This document shows positions 13,561-30,970 of a stretch of 64,000 bases of DNA, piece by piece. The translations under genes were made by a program, and so were the position numbers. This DNA comes from Paraspadella gotoi (taxonomy: Eukaryota > Animalia > Chaetognatha). How positions within the stretch are numbered: the stretch's first letter is position 1; each line of letters opens with the position of its first letter. The stretch is taken from assembly GCA_051294375.1 (NCBI GenBank), contig CM119270.1, positions 4,146,301 through 4,210,300 of the forward strand, read 5' to 3'. Below the pieces are notes generated by a model, which made no database searches, had not been told where the DNA came from, and was given only the letters and a program-made list of their open reading frames with translations.

Positions 13561-14122
13561 TTAAACTAAAAACAAAATTAATTTTATTTAAATAGAAAGT
13601 TTTTTTTTCAAAATACAAATATATTTTAATATTTTTTTAATATTTTAATTCACATAACGGAATCCTTTTTCAAGACAAATAATTGAGATGAAAAAGCAAA
13701 GCAGGAGAGAGAAAGAGAAAGATTGGTTGATTTTTAATCAGGTTATAATGCTTGAAAAGAAATGTGGCGTTTTCGGAATAGTAGGCACTAAATTTTTTTT
13801 CCTATATTTATACGACCTCTTATGCCTGCGAATGACCGTCGGTCCCCCCCCCTTTTTTTTTGCAATTCGCTATTCTTTCCATCGGCCGACAGAAAGACCT
13901 TAACAAAAGGTCGCTCTTTCCCTCCGAACCCTGGCGGCCTTCCGACGGAATCTGGTCGAAAACAAAAGACGCGGGGAAAAAAATAGAGCAGAAAAAAAAA
14001 GAGGATACAAAGGATCAAAGGGAGGAGCGGCGACTGGATACGAATACCTGAAAAGGTCGCTAGAGATTGTTTTATGCGGGAGGAAAAGGGAAAGAGGAAA
14101 GGAAAGGGAAGGAGAGAGGAGG

Positions 14123-14201
<79 letters not shown>

Positions 14202-14380
14202 GAAAATTAACCGGCAAAAGTACATCTACCATCTAGTTTATTGTCATTCCGCTTCAAAAAATTAACTTGTCCCTAAATATTGATAAACCAGAGAACATAT
14301 TTTAATTTGTATATATTGATTATTCATAACTAATTACGAAAACAAAAAAAATCTTAAATAAAACAAATTAGGCGTCTTCG

Positions 14381-18187
<3,807 letters not shown>

Positions 18188-18325
18188 AATTTTTTTATTT
18201 AGTTTTTTTTTATTTTTAAATTTTATAAATTAATAAATTTTAAGTATGTCCTATTTGTCTTTTATGCCATGAGGTCAAGTTTTTTTTTTTTAGATTAAAT
18301 CAAATCAATTTGTTATTTTACTATT

Positions 18326-18397
<72 letters not shown>

Positions 18398-19304
18398 GGG
18401 TCAATCAGCTGATAAAAAGTTCGAGTTGATTGATCTCTTCGAATTTCCAAACGAAAATTTCTTTCAAGGCAATCAAAGTGAAGTTCTCTGGCGGTTTATA
18501 CCCAAGAGAGAGAGGCTCGAGAAGGAAACTGCGATTATAATTTTACCGAGAATGATCCAAAGTTTGGTAAAACTTTAACATAATCATTTTTTCTCTAAAT
18601 CGGGCAGTCGTTTTATTTACGCAAAGAAAGTTCAACATTGTTGTCAAAAATATGTATTCTTATTTATTTTTTATAATTAGCAGTTGTATTTTCGGTCAAA
18701 TCGAGTGAAGTTAGAATTAATAATAATTAATGAGACATAATATTAATAATTATGAGACAAATACGAAAGACTCGACGAACAAAAGATCACTCTTCTTCCT
18801 ACGTTCCGCCCTCTCTCTAACTTGTCTTCTGCTTTTCGCCTGCATGGTTGGCATTCTCGTTTTATGGTATTCTGGCATTGTTTCTTTGGCCATCCGCCCT
18901 GCTTTACCATGTTTACACTCGACAAAACCTTTTTAACTGGTGTTGTTTCTCCGTGTTCTACGTGAAAAAAAAACTTTATATCGCGAATTGCGGAAAATAT
19001 GGCTAGTTTTCGGAATTTGTTTTTCTTATTCTTTTTTCAAAATCTGTAATTCATTGTATGCATTTATTTTGTCTATTTTTTATATTTATTTTGTCTATTT
19101 TAACTACTTATTAAGCTTTATGCAAATAGTCAAACTTGTCATTTTACACGTTTACCGCGAGGCCTTTTAACTTTTATTTTTTCGTTTAAAACTAAGTATC
19201 TATTTACTTTAGGTTAGACGTTGGATTTCTTTTCTGGGGAATCTGACCAAAAAATGAAAAAATTGACCGACTTAAAATTCACGCGAATTTAGATTTAAAA
19301 AACT

Positions 19305-22300
19305 ATGGCAGCCAATATGTACCGCGTGGGAGACTACGTCTACTTCGAATGCTCCTCCTCCGCTCCTTACCAAATCCGTCGCATCGAGGAGCTCAACAAA
19401 ACTCCCAATGGAAACGTGGAAGCGAAGGTCATGTGCTTCTATCGACGTCGCGATCTCAGCGCGAACCTGGTGCTCCTAGCGGACAAACACCAGACGGCGT
19501 TGGAGGAGGAGAGGGAATTTAAGGAGGACATCAACGAGAAGCAGCGCCATCAACTAAAACACCGCGAGCTCTTCCTCTCCCGCCAGGTGGAGACACTCCC
19601 TGCTACTCACATCCGTGGCAAATGCGCCGTCACGCTGCTCAATGAGACTGAGAGTCTTATCTCTTATCTCAACAAAGACGACGCCTACTTTTACTCGCTT
19701 GTTTATGATCCTCAGCAGAAAACCTTGCTTGCGGACAAGGGAGAAATTCATGTGGGTTCGCGGTACCAAGTGGACCATGTCCCCAAGACCTTTTCCTTCA
19801 AACTCGGTGACAACGATGGAAGAGTCATGTCTGATTTAGAGACGCCAGTGTGGACCCCAGACTCGCCATTAACAGACAGACAAATTGACCAGTTCATGGT
19901 GGTTGCTAGATCAGTGGGCACCTTTGCCCGGGCACTAGACTGCACTTCTACGGTGCGACAGCCTTCGTTGCACATGTCTGCAGCTGCAGCTTCACGGGAT
20001 ATCACACTCATGCATGCTATGGATGTGTTGCACAAGCACAACTATGACATTTCAAAGGTAAAATTTATTTTATGAATTATTAAAAAAAATGAATAATTAA
20101 TTGTTGGTGATAAAAATTAGACTGATAATTAGTTGATTAACTTTTATTTTATTAAATTAGGGAATAAATTTATTTTTATTTAATAATTTTTGTTGATTAA
20201 ATTATTGAAAGTGAAATTAATTTAAATCCACTTCATATTAAATTAAAATTTAAAGCATCTTAAAAGTATTTTTTGACATTTATTATTATTTAGGCTAATT
20301 GGAAGTTTAATTTTCCATCTTGTACTTCTATATCTTTTGTCAGCTTTTTATGCTCTTGATTTGTTTTTTTCTACTTTTGCTTTACTTATTTTTACACGAT
20401 TTTCCCCTTTTTGCTCAATTTATATGTAATATGAAAGGTAATATGAAAGTTGGCTTGTAAGATCGGGTTTCATTTTCCAACTCATTTTTTTTAAACTTAA
20501 GTATTTATTAAAATATTAACAATATTCATATCCTCAGAAAGCCCTTAAAAATATGAAGAGAATGATATACTTACGAAAGCTCTAACATAAAAAGTGAGCT
20601 GCCCAGCCTTGGTTCAATTAAGAGTGTCAAAAGTGAATTATTTAAAATTTTAAATCTTTTTTCAAAATATATGACCAGTTTAAATTATTATAACATAAAA
20701 TATTATTATTTATACAAGTAACATGAAAGAGCCTGAGAAAAAAAGATTTAAGATAGCCAATAATAAATATCATAAATTTACTCTCCAGCTATTGATTTTT
20801 AAAAAGATGTGTCGTTTTTGAGTATCTTAGTTAAATTTTATACTACAGTATTTGTAAGTACGTCATTCTTTTTAGATTTGAAAGGGCTTTCAGAAGCTAA
20901 TAAAATTAATATTATTTTATTTCAAATTTCTTCAGAAAACTTACTGAAAGTAAGAGAAAAAAATTGAATCTAAAAAAAGTGAGTTGGAAAATGAAACCCG
21001 ATTTTACAAGCCAACTTTCTCCTCTCATTGTCAAGGCATATCTTAACTGATCAATATAAAATTTTATCACATAAATAAATTTAGTATTTTCTACTCAACT
21101 AAATTTTAAAATCAATGAAATAACCACTGGTTTGCAAATGACAGCGTATTTCTACCGGCGCTTGTAAAATTGTCACCATGTAGACGAAGCCAGTTTCCTC
21201 TTCCGGAATCCTCCTCTTCCTCTTCTGGAAACTTCTTTCCTCTTCCGAAAACTATTGTTCCTTTTCTGGATTTGGCTTCCAAAATCCCGTTCGAAATCAT
21301 TCCAGAATCTTCTTCCACTTCCTGAATCCTCTTCCTTAATCCTTACCTCTGTTTTTGCGTTTCATTCATCTGTGATGATATATTTTTTTATTTTTAATTA
21401 ATTCTTTCATTCATCTCTTCCCTCATTCATTCATCTCTTCCCCCTCTTCTCAGGCCATAGCATCCCTTGTTTCCTCTGGCGGCCCCGTCCTCTGCCGCGA
21501 CGAGATGGAGGAGTGGTCAGCGTCAGAGGCCAATCTTTTTGAAGAGGCCCTCGACAAATATGGCAAAGACTTCAACGACATTCGCCAGGACTTCCTTCCA
21601 TGGAAGACTCTCAAAAGCATCGTCGAATATTACTACATGTGGAAGACAACTGACCGCTATGTGCAGCAGAAGCGTCTCAAAGCTGCCGAAGCAGAGAGCA
21701 AACTCAAGCAAGTCTACATTCCGAACTACAACAAGCCAAATCCCTCCGCCATTGCCAAACCTGGCAGCAACGGTGACGCCAATGGCGCCGGGCGTGCATG
21801 TGAGAGTTGTTATGCCGCCAATTCGTCCCAATGGTATGCCTGGGGCCCGTCTCATGTGCCGTGCCGCTTGTGTTCTAATTGTTGGAACTATTGGAAGAAA
21901 CATGGCGGTCTGAAGATGCCCACTCGGCTTGACGGTGATCGCCCTGTGCCGACTCCGCGATCTGGCAGTGTCGATCGCACTGGAGCAGAACCTTCTTTGG
22001 AATACACTGAGACGACACCCCCGACATACCTTCAGCCACACAGGCCACACCGCTGCACTATCGCCGATTGCGGCAAAGAGTTTAAGCTTAAAGCGCACCT
22101 TGCTCGTCACTGCGCCACCGCTCACGGACTTTCCATCGGTGCTGGAGCCGTGGGCAGTTCTGGAGGCCTCAACAGCCGCAGCGGTCCCGGCGGAGCGATG
22201 AAGACTCGCGTTGCTTTCTGCTTAGTCACGACACCCCTTTGTCGGGTAGTCCGACGAGTGGCTCGAGAACACTACCGTCCTCATCGCGCCGCCTGCCACC

Positions 22301-23498
22301 CTTTCAAGCCGATCAATACCGAGGGCATCGTGCAGGAGACGCTCGCCAAGATGCCCTCTCTCGCTAAGCCCTTTGGCGACTTCGCCAACGCATTTGAGGC
22401 CGACGCTAGTAATCAGCTGATGAAGTTGCCCGATACCGCGAAGATGTTGCTCCCCAAGAAAAAGAAGAACAAAAAACGCGTTGATATGGACATTGTAATT
22501 AGAAGATTGGGGATTGAAATAAAAAACGAAAAACCAGGTATGGAGCTAAAGAAGTGATGTAATACAATGTACCACGTTAGTCATTGGTAAACATTTTTAG
22601 CAGTTTTAAGATAAGATAAGATTCGATTTTGGATAAAAAAACGAGTAAAATGTATGTTGCGGTGTTAATGTCATCTTTGAATTACACAACCGTGTTTCCT
22701 TTCCCCCCTTTTCCTTTTCCATCTTTTCATCCCGTTTCCTTCTTTCTATTTTAAATCTGTTTTTGTATTAATTACTGCTTTTTCGTTTTTAATTTATATC
22801 TTCCCTTCCTTTTATAATTTTACTTCTGATATTCCATTACCAATTTACCAGAGATCTTTCTTATTGCACATATTAATTTGGAGAAATTCATTAATTAAGA
22901 GTGATCATTGATTTGAAAAAAAATTTATTTTTTTTGTTTTCAACTTTTTCCAGGCATCCTCGTTCGCCTGCCACGCCGTGAAGGACCCGAAACGATCCGC
23001 TATCCAATTCCGCCTGGCGGCATCCGTCCTACCTTCGCCGCCATGAACGCCGCGGCTGACTCTCGCAACGCCGGCGCCGCGTCAGGCGCCGCAGCATCTG
23101 TGGGCGGCGCTCCCAAGTCACTCAAGCGTCCCGCTGATCCGACGGACACTTCCTTCGCTTCTCGTCACCCGGAGAAGCAGATGCGAGCGGCGACGGCGGC
23201 CGCTTTGGCACAGGTCCACGGCATGGGGTCGGGGCTGGGCTTCGGCATCAACGGCGGCCGGAGCGGTGCCGGCGGGCGGTTGGGGCCGTCTAGCAAGAAC
23301 ATGGAGTGGACGGACACGCCTGAGGACGTCTTCTTCATGGCCACCGACAACACCAGCATCCTCATCTCCAGCAAGAGAGTGAGGAGAGGACTTACTACGC
23401 AGGAGATCCGTCGAGCGGCGAGAAAACCCTGGCGCCGCTTGAAGATCCACGGCGCCGACGAACAGCGCCCTCCCGCGGCGCTGACTAAAGGGAAATAG
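19305..23498 (+). CDS. MTA1: Metastasis-associated protein (NuRD subunit; BAH, ELM2, SANT, GATA-type and C2H2 fingers); exons 19305-20057, 21454-22537, 22954-23498
   Basis: [16 protein letters not shown]-terminus, [61 protein letters not shown]; splice phases are consistent. The symbol denotes the MTA1/2/3 family. Confidence 0.96.
20445..21019. mobile_element. MITE in MTA intron 1
   Basis: ~45-bp TIRs GAAAGTTGGCTTGTAAGATCGGGTTTCATTTTCCAACTCA / TGAGTTGGAAAATGAAACCCGATTTTACAAGCCAACTTTC; AT-rich non-coding interior; no clear TSD. Confidence 0.8.
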
Positions 23499-24669
23499 AG
23501 CGTCTGCCGGTCGAGTTACTTAGTTAATCTGGGGATTTTATGATTTATTGTTTTATTTTTCACGATGACAAAGTGAAAAATAAAATTTAACAAATAAATC
23601 GACAAAAAAGTTGTAATTTAACTTCTGATTTCGGTTATCTCTTTTATAAAGTATTAAAATTTATAAATTGACTTGATAGTTATTTCTCCAGTGACAAAAT
23701 GGAAAAGAGTATTCCATAAATTCTCATTTCCGTAATACTGTTCCGTATTTCCTATATTCGTTTTCCGGTTATTACAGTAATTATGAATTTTTACTTATCT
23801 TTCCAATTTTTTAAAAATTTAGTCAGAAAATATGTAAACTAAAAACTTTTCCCTGCCACAATTGGCAACCCTAACAACGAAATGGCCTTGCCGTTGTCTC
23901 CTCACATTTCTCAAGGAAGCCTCTCTCAGGACAATGATTTGAGTAGAGACGGTCACAGTGAAAACGCAAAGCCAAGTTTGAAGAATTCTTGCTACAATGA
24001 TTTGGCGAACATTCTCGTAGACTGGAAAATCAAATGTGCAGATCCGGTAGTTTTGCTTACAGACTATGCCATCTCCAACGACATCACGGCAAACCATTCC
24101 ATGAATTTGAAGATTGAACGCATGGAGCCGACGCCGTTTCTGACAAATAGCTCTGGCGTAAATTCATCGATCGTTTCAGCGATCATTGCCGGGGATTGGA
24201 AGATCAAATACGCGGAGCCAAGAGTGGTGCTCGAGGATGTTGACGAACACATAGAGCGTATGCTAATAGAGTTCCCCATCAATTTCATCGACGAGGTGCT
24301 TTCCATGAGCAGCTTTAAGCTCGACGAGGAAGTTGGAAAAGGTCTGTTACATTTTATATTACATTTTACATTCTTTTATCAAGTTTTTTATTTGAGTGGA
24401 TTTAAGAAAATCATTTCTTTCTTAAATTTATTTAATTTTAAAAAAATCTAATTTAATAATTCTTTAAAATTTATTCTTTCCTATACATATTCCCTCTTTG
24501 ACATGTAATACTCATTTCAAGTCTTTTCCTTTTTCTCCACCCTTTCATAGATTCCAGTATCGACAAAACTTCTGTCCAATCATTCAGGTGCTCCTTCTGC
24601 TCTATCTCTATCTGCAAAAGCCAAGTTCTTCTTGAAAAGCATTTTATTGAAAAACATCACAATTTGTTT

Positions 24670-25450
24670 GCTTGCATAATTTTTTAAACTTGCATAATTT
24701 TTTAAACTTGCAGTAATTTTTTAAACTTTGCATATTTTTTAAACTTGCATAAATTATTTAAACTTGCATAATTTTTTAAACTTGGCGATAATTTTTATTA
24801 AACTTTGCATAATTTTTTAAACTTGCATAATTTTTTAAACTTGCATAATTTTTTAAACTTGCATAATTTTTTATAAACTTGCTATAATTTTTTAAACTTG
24901 CATAATTTAAACTTGCATTTTTTTAAACTTGCATAATTTTTAAACTTGCATAATTTTTTAAATTGCATAATTTTTTAAACTTTGCATAATTTTTTAAACT
25001 TGCATAATTTTTTTAAACTTGCATAATTTTTTAAACTTGCATAATTTTTTAAACTTGCATAATTTTTTAAACTGTGCATAATTTTTTAAACTTGCATAAT
25101 TTTTTAAACTTGCATAATTTTTACTTCAATAATTTTTAAACTTGCATAATTTTTTAAACTTGCATAATTTTTTAACTTGCATAATTTTTTTAAACTTGCA
25201 GAATTTTTTAAACTTGCATAATTTAAAACTTGCATAATTTTTTAAACTTGCATAATTTTTTACTTGCGATAATTTTTAAACTTGCATAATTTTTTAAACT
25301 TGCATAATTTTTTAAACTTGCATAATTTTTTAAACTTGCATAATTTTTTACTTGCAAAATTTTTCTTGCATATTTTAAACTTGCATAATTTTTTAAACTT
25401 GCATAATTTTTCTTGCATAATTTTTACTGCATAATTTTTAAACTTGCATA
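24670..25450. repeat. ~18-bp satellite (AAACTTGCATAATTTTTT)n
   Basis: Roughly 40 visible tandem units. Confidence 0.95.
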
Positions 25451-26892
25451 TATTAGTTTTAATTTTTTAAATGTGTATCATTTTTTCAAATTGTATCATT
25501 TTTTAAATAATTAATTAATTAATTAATAAACATTTCATTAGTAATCATGAATAAAAAAGATTCAAGTAAATGTGCTTATGTTTTTCTTTAAACTCATTTC
25601 CACTGGCACAATTCCGTCGAAACTTTTATTATCTAGCTTCTTCACACACTTTCTTTTTCATTCTATTAATTCAATTAATTGATTAATTCGAGTAATTATG
25701 AGTTAAAATAAGTAACATTGCAGGACTAACAAGATCGTGTAAGCAAAAAGATTCAAGTAAATGTGACTCATATTTTTTTTATTTAAACTCATTTCCACTC
25801 GTACGTTTCCACCGAAACTTTTTATCAAGCTTCGTCACACACTTTCCTACCCACACACAAAATTTCAACTCAATCTATCCATCTAATTATGATTAAATAG
25901 AGTATTTATTGGTTAAAATAAGTAAAAAGATTTTAGTAAATGCAACTTATGTTTTTTCCATTTAAACTCATTACCACTCGCACGATTCCATCGAGACTTT
26001 ATATCCAGCTTCATCTCACACTGTATCCCTATCCTCAGAGAGAGAGAAATTTCATTCCAATCAAATAGCACCAATCACGAGTTAATTGGAGCTTTTGATG
26101 GAACGGATGGAGGATTGATTGACTAACTTAATTAATTATTGATTAATTAATTGACTAATTGATTAATTACCTGATCTAATTATTGGATTTATTAATAGCT
26201 CCTTCATTTACGATTTTAATATAAGGAAAAGAAGCATAATCACATTATGTGAAAGCAACGGTTTTTTGTTTGTTTTTCCATTTAACCATTTCCACTCAAT
26301 CGATTCCAATCGAACTGATTTCCAGCCTCAATCACACACACTTTCCTACCCAATCATACAAAATTTCAAGTCAATCGCCCCTTCCACTCTTGAGTAATTG
26401 GGTGTTCAAATAGTGAAATTTATTTTTTTATTTTTCCATTTAAACTCAATTTCCACTCGGACGATTCCATCGAAAACTTCATATACACTCATCCAACACT
26501 TCCCTACCCACCACACAAATTCATTTCCATCCATCCCATCCAATCACGACTGATTGTGTTTTTTGCTAAAGGTGGGATGGATGGACAGAGACGGACGGAC
26601 ATCATTTTTTTTGCATATATTTTATCATAATTCGATGTTTCTGGCATGATATATAAGTAGTGCCGACAATATTGAGGGTGGGAAACCGACGGACCGACAA
26701 AGTGAATTATAGAGTCGGGATCTGCTGATAAGCAGATCCGACTAAAAATTATGCAAGTTGAAAACAATGATGCGAATTGTAAAAATGATGCAAGTTCAAA
26801 AAATTTTAAAAAATATTGTGATTTTCATTCTGATTAGCTGATTACCGGCTTTAATTATCGTAGCAGATCCGACATTGTTGCTCAAACTTGTT
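24670..26892. mobile_element. HINE-family composite: satellite, ~170-200-bp repeats (25560-26520), minus-strand 5' end (to ~26748), plus-strand 3' end (26851-26892)
   Basis: Same terminal motifs and internal repeats as 43179-47977. Confidence 0.6.
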
Positions 26893-29469
26893 TCTTTCTA
26901 TCTCCTCTCTCACTCATACACGCATGTTTTTTAGATGTTATTATTCTCATAGCGCAGATCAATGAGCAATTACATCTCATCATATGAATGATTATCATCC
27001 GGCATCAATGAATGATTATCATCAACCTTGTCAAATGACTATCATTGGGTTTCATGCACTCAGATTTGGTTACACATCAAGTAAATTACATCATAAACTA
27101 TTTATTACATCAATCAATCTATTCTATAACATAATTTTTTTCCATGGCAGGTCAACCTGATGCGTAACCACAAAGAGAAGTCGGTTAAACAAGAATCTTC
27201 AATCACGTGTCACAAAATTTTGATTGTGGACGCAATGGGACAATATTGTATATTTAGGATTAAGCGCAACCGATAACGTCTTCTTCAAACCGTGGAAATG
27301 CTCCACATTGACCATCGTAGCAACCGCCGCTTCAGCATAAAGCCTCCATTTTTGCCACGGAAGCATGGCGTTCAGTCAGTAAAGCCGATCCTTCCGAGCG
27401 CTTTCTCAAAGTCTTATTCACGATATTAAAGAAATGAATGACGATGTAAAAACAAAATGAATTGGTGAGTTCAAGATGCCGTTTTGCGCCAAAGATATGC
27501 AAACTAAGGGGAGATCTAAAAGACTCATTTGGTCGGGGAGACACTCGCGATTGGACGCTGAACTCTCATCATCAGTCATGGTTTCCAAGAAGAGCTGGCA
27601 AAAGCACGCAATGCGAAGGGAAAAACGTTTCCGATAAAGACCAAATCAAACTATTCAAATGCTTTTTACGTGTGATTTTCGCGCTAACCGTCGATGCTTT
27701 GTTGAAACACACTAAGGAAGTTCATAAAATTAACTTAATTAATGAAATAAATCGATGAGAATTCAATAAACCCAAGTGGAAGGAGAACATTCACTCTCTC
27801 AAAAAAGCAATGACAATCAAGAAATTAAATCATACGACCTTTCCACGTCCTCGGTTAGACAAGGGAGAAAAACCATTCAAATGTTCTCTCTGTGATTATA
27901 GAACAAGAAGACTCTTCCAATCTAAAAAAAACAGCGGCAAGTCTCAACAACGCAGAGCCGCAAATCGATTGCCCCATTGCGGTTCTCTAATACTCACAGT
28001 CTCTTTGTGCGCCATTTTAAAAGGCGACATCCAGAAATCGTGGCTCTTAACCAAAAATCAAAAAGACGCAAAAGCCTATCTCATTGGATTGCCCGGAATG
28101 CGACTGTTCGTTGGAGAGACCAGGTTGAAACTGAAGAGCCACTATAAATATAGGCACAGCCCAAAAATATACATGTGCCATAAATGTGATTATAGGTGTC
28201 GTACAAAATTCGCCCTGGAGAGCCATTTTATCTCGCACCAGGTTGAGAAACCTTTCAAATGTGACAAATGTCCCTTTGCCGGCAAGACTAAAAGCCATTT
28301 GGCTAAACATCGGGGGTACACTTGACTGAGAGACCATTCAAATGTGACCGTTGTTCATAACACTGCTCAAACTAGGCGTAATTTAAACAATCATTTATAT
28401 TGTCATGGCGATTACAAATATCGTTGCAAGGAATGCGGGAAGCTCTTCAAGCGGCCATTATTACTCTACCTTCATAAAAAACGATTTCACAAAGTATTGT
28501 CAATTATGCGATTACAGCACCAAAATAAAAATATGTCTTTGGGCTCATGTTTACCGTCACAGAAGTAAAAAAAAGAATGCCTTGAAAAAGGCTAAGTTGG
28601 ATTAGTGCCTGAATCTAGATTCAGATTTTCCAAAAAACATTCATGATATGAACAGAACCATATTTAGAAATATAAATATATAACCGGTGGGTTAAGTATG
28701 CTCAAAAGGTTAGTAAAAAAAATCGAGTTACTAAAATATGCAAATGAGATTTGTGCGCCATAGTAATTTTGAATATAAGGCAAAAAAGAGAATAAATAAT
28801 TTAATAAAAATTATTTTTTAAAAAATAAAAAATATTTTTTAATTTGTTTTGATAAGTTTTATCTGGATTCTGTATAATAAAAATTGGTACAACCAATATA
28901 AAAATTATGCATTCATCTAATAAATAAGGTACCTTGCCCCTTACTTTGGACAGGTTTTGCTGGTTTAAAGAATCTATCAGAGATAATGATAAAGGAGTTT
29001 TTTGCAAGCTTTTAATCATTTTACAGTCTTGTTTATTCATTCTCACATTATAATTTTGACAAAATTATATTTGGTTTATTCTTTTATTATAATTTCTTTT
29101 TCTCAAATTTTAATATTGTTTAAACTTTTAATTTCACAAATTGTTTTGCACTGACGATGAATAGAATATTATTCAAAATATGTATGCAAATTAAAAACAA
29201 AAATTCGTTATGAAATTCAATCTTTTCTCTTGTTTGATTTTTTGTCAAAAGCATTATATGCATTTTTTTAATCCCTTTTGTTTTACAAAACTGTTTTGTT
29301 CAGATAAAATTTCAAGAGCTAAAACTCAGCTTATATTCATGTTTAAATTTTATCTTATTTTTTATAAAATTTAAAAATCTTTTTTAATTAAGTATTTAAT
29401 GCCTGATTTTTGCTTATTGTTTTGCCAGTTTATAAGCTTGCTATATAAAAAGTATAGAATTTAACAATG

Positions 29470-30970
29470 TTGTAACCATCCCAAAGGCCAATTACTCGTG
29501 ATTGGATGGATGGATTGGTATTAAAATTTGTGTGTGGGTAGGAAACTGTGTGATTGAGATGGATATGAACAGTTTTCGATAAAATCAGTGCGAGTTGGAA
29601 ATTGGTTTAAATGGAAAAAACAAAAAATCTATTTCATTATTTTGAACGCCAATTGCTCATGAGTGGGATAGGGCAATTGACTTAAAATTTTTTCATGATG
29701 GTAGGAAAGTGTGTGATTGGAGCTGGATATAAAGTTCGATGGATCGTGCGAGTGGAAATGAGTTAAAATGGAAAAACAAATGCATATTTACTTGATATTA
29801 TTTTTACTTAAATTTATCATAATTATAATGTTTATTAATAATGGATAGATAAAATTGAAGTGAAATTTTGTGAGTGTGCTGGGTAGGAAAGTATGTAATA
29901 AAGCTGGATATAAATTTTTTTGATGGAATCGTAGGAGTGGAAAAGAGTTCAAATAGAAAACCAAAAGATACATTTATTTGATTTTTTTAAATTTATCTCT
30001 CTCTATCTTCTCTGATTGATTGATTGATGACCAAATATGCCAGTTGACCAAATTATGCCAGTTGGACCCGAATTATGCCAGTTTGGACCAAATTATGCCA
30101 GTTGACCAAATTAAGCCAGTTGACCAAATTATGCAGTTTGACCATTATCCCATACAGTTGCAGCAAGTATTGAATAATGACCAAAGTGTATGGTCAGAGT
30201 TGGACTCAATATGTATGCCAGCTTGACAAAATTATTTCAAGCTTGATCAAATTATGCAGTTGCCATCAAAATTATGCCATGTTTTTTGATCAAAATATGC
30301 CAGTGATCAAATATATATGCCAGTTGATCAATTATAGCCAGTTGATCATAAATTATGCCAGTTGACCAAATTCATGCCAGTGACCAAATAATGCACGTTG
30401 ANNNNNNNNNNNNNNNNNNNNNNNNNTATGCAGTTAACCCCAAATTAGTGCCTAGCCTTGACCCAATATTATCTTTTGTGTCTCTCCTTGCCAGTTTGAC
30501 CAATTTCATTGGTCCAGATTGACCAAATCTTATGCCAGCTTGACAAACTATTATTTCAGCTTGACAAATGTTATGCAGTGCCATTACAAATTATGCCATG
30601 TGTTTGATCAAAATATGCCAGTTTTGGACCAAATTAAGCCAGTTGACCCAAATTATGCCATGTTTGATCCAATCGATAACCGTATTGACCAAGTTGTGAT
30701 CTGTTTGACCGAAAGTGTATTCGATGTCATTGTCAGTTGGATCAATATTATGCCCAGCTGACAAAATTATTTCAAGTGATCAAAATTATGCGCAGGTTGA
30801 TCAAGATTAGAGCCGAGTGAATGCAATTATGCCAGGTCTTGCCAAGTACTTGACCTGTTGATTAAATTCTGCATAGTGGACCAAGACTTAGCGTACGTTA
30901 TTTATCCAAGTTAGCTTATTACCACTTAATTATCGTAGGCAAATCTGACATTGTTTGCTCCAACTTATTT
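29470..30970 (+). mobile_element. 5'-truncated HINE copy with a ~19-bp satellite (repeated again at ~34610-35800)
   Basis: Reverse complement of the 43.8-44.8 kb repeats; ends TTATCGTAGGCAAATCTGACATTGTTTGCTCCAACTTATTT. Confidence 0.6.
30026..30870. repeat. ~19-bp satellite (TGACCAAATTATGCCAGT)n
   Basis: Visible tandem units; also at ~35185-35600 and inverted at ~44445-44765. Confidence 0.9.

Larger units (their letters stand above)
23882..28605 (+). pseudogene. C2H2 zinc-finger gene paralog A: exon 1 23882-24341, exon 2 from 24551 (one finger, then satellite), finger exon ~27151-28605 with many indels (pseudogene or unpolished sequence)
   Basis: Colinear with the intact paralog at 37747-41494. 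Exon 2 encodes FRCSFCSISICKSQVLLEKHFIEKH. The scattered 1-bp indels resemble long-read error. Confidence 0.7.

Noticed and set aside
24670-30870. Short regular repeats as a CRISPR array
   Set aside because: Head-to-tail units with no unique spacers and no cas genes; eukaryotic context.
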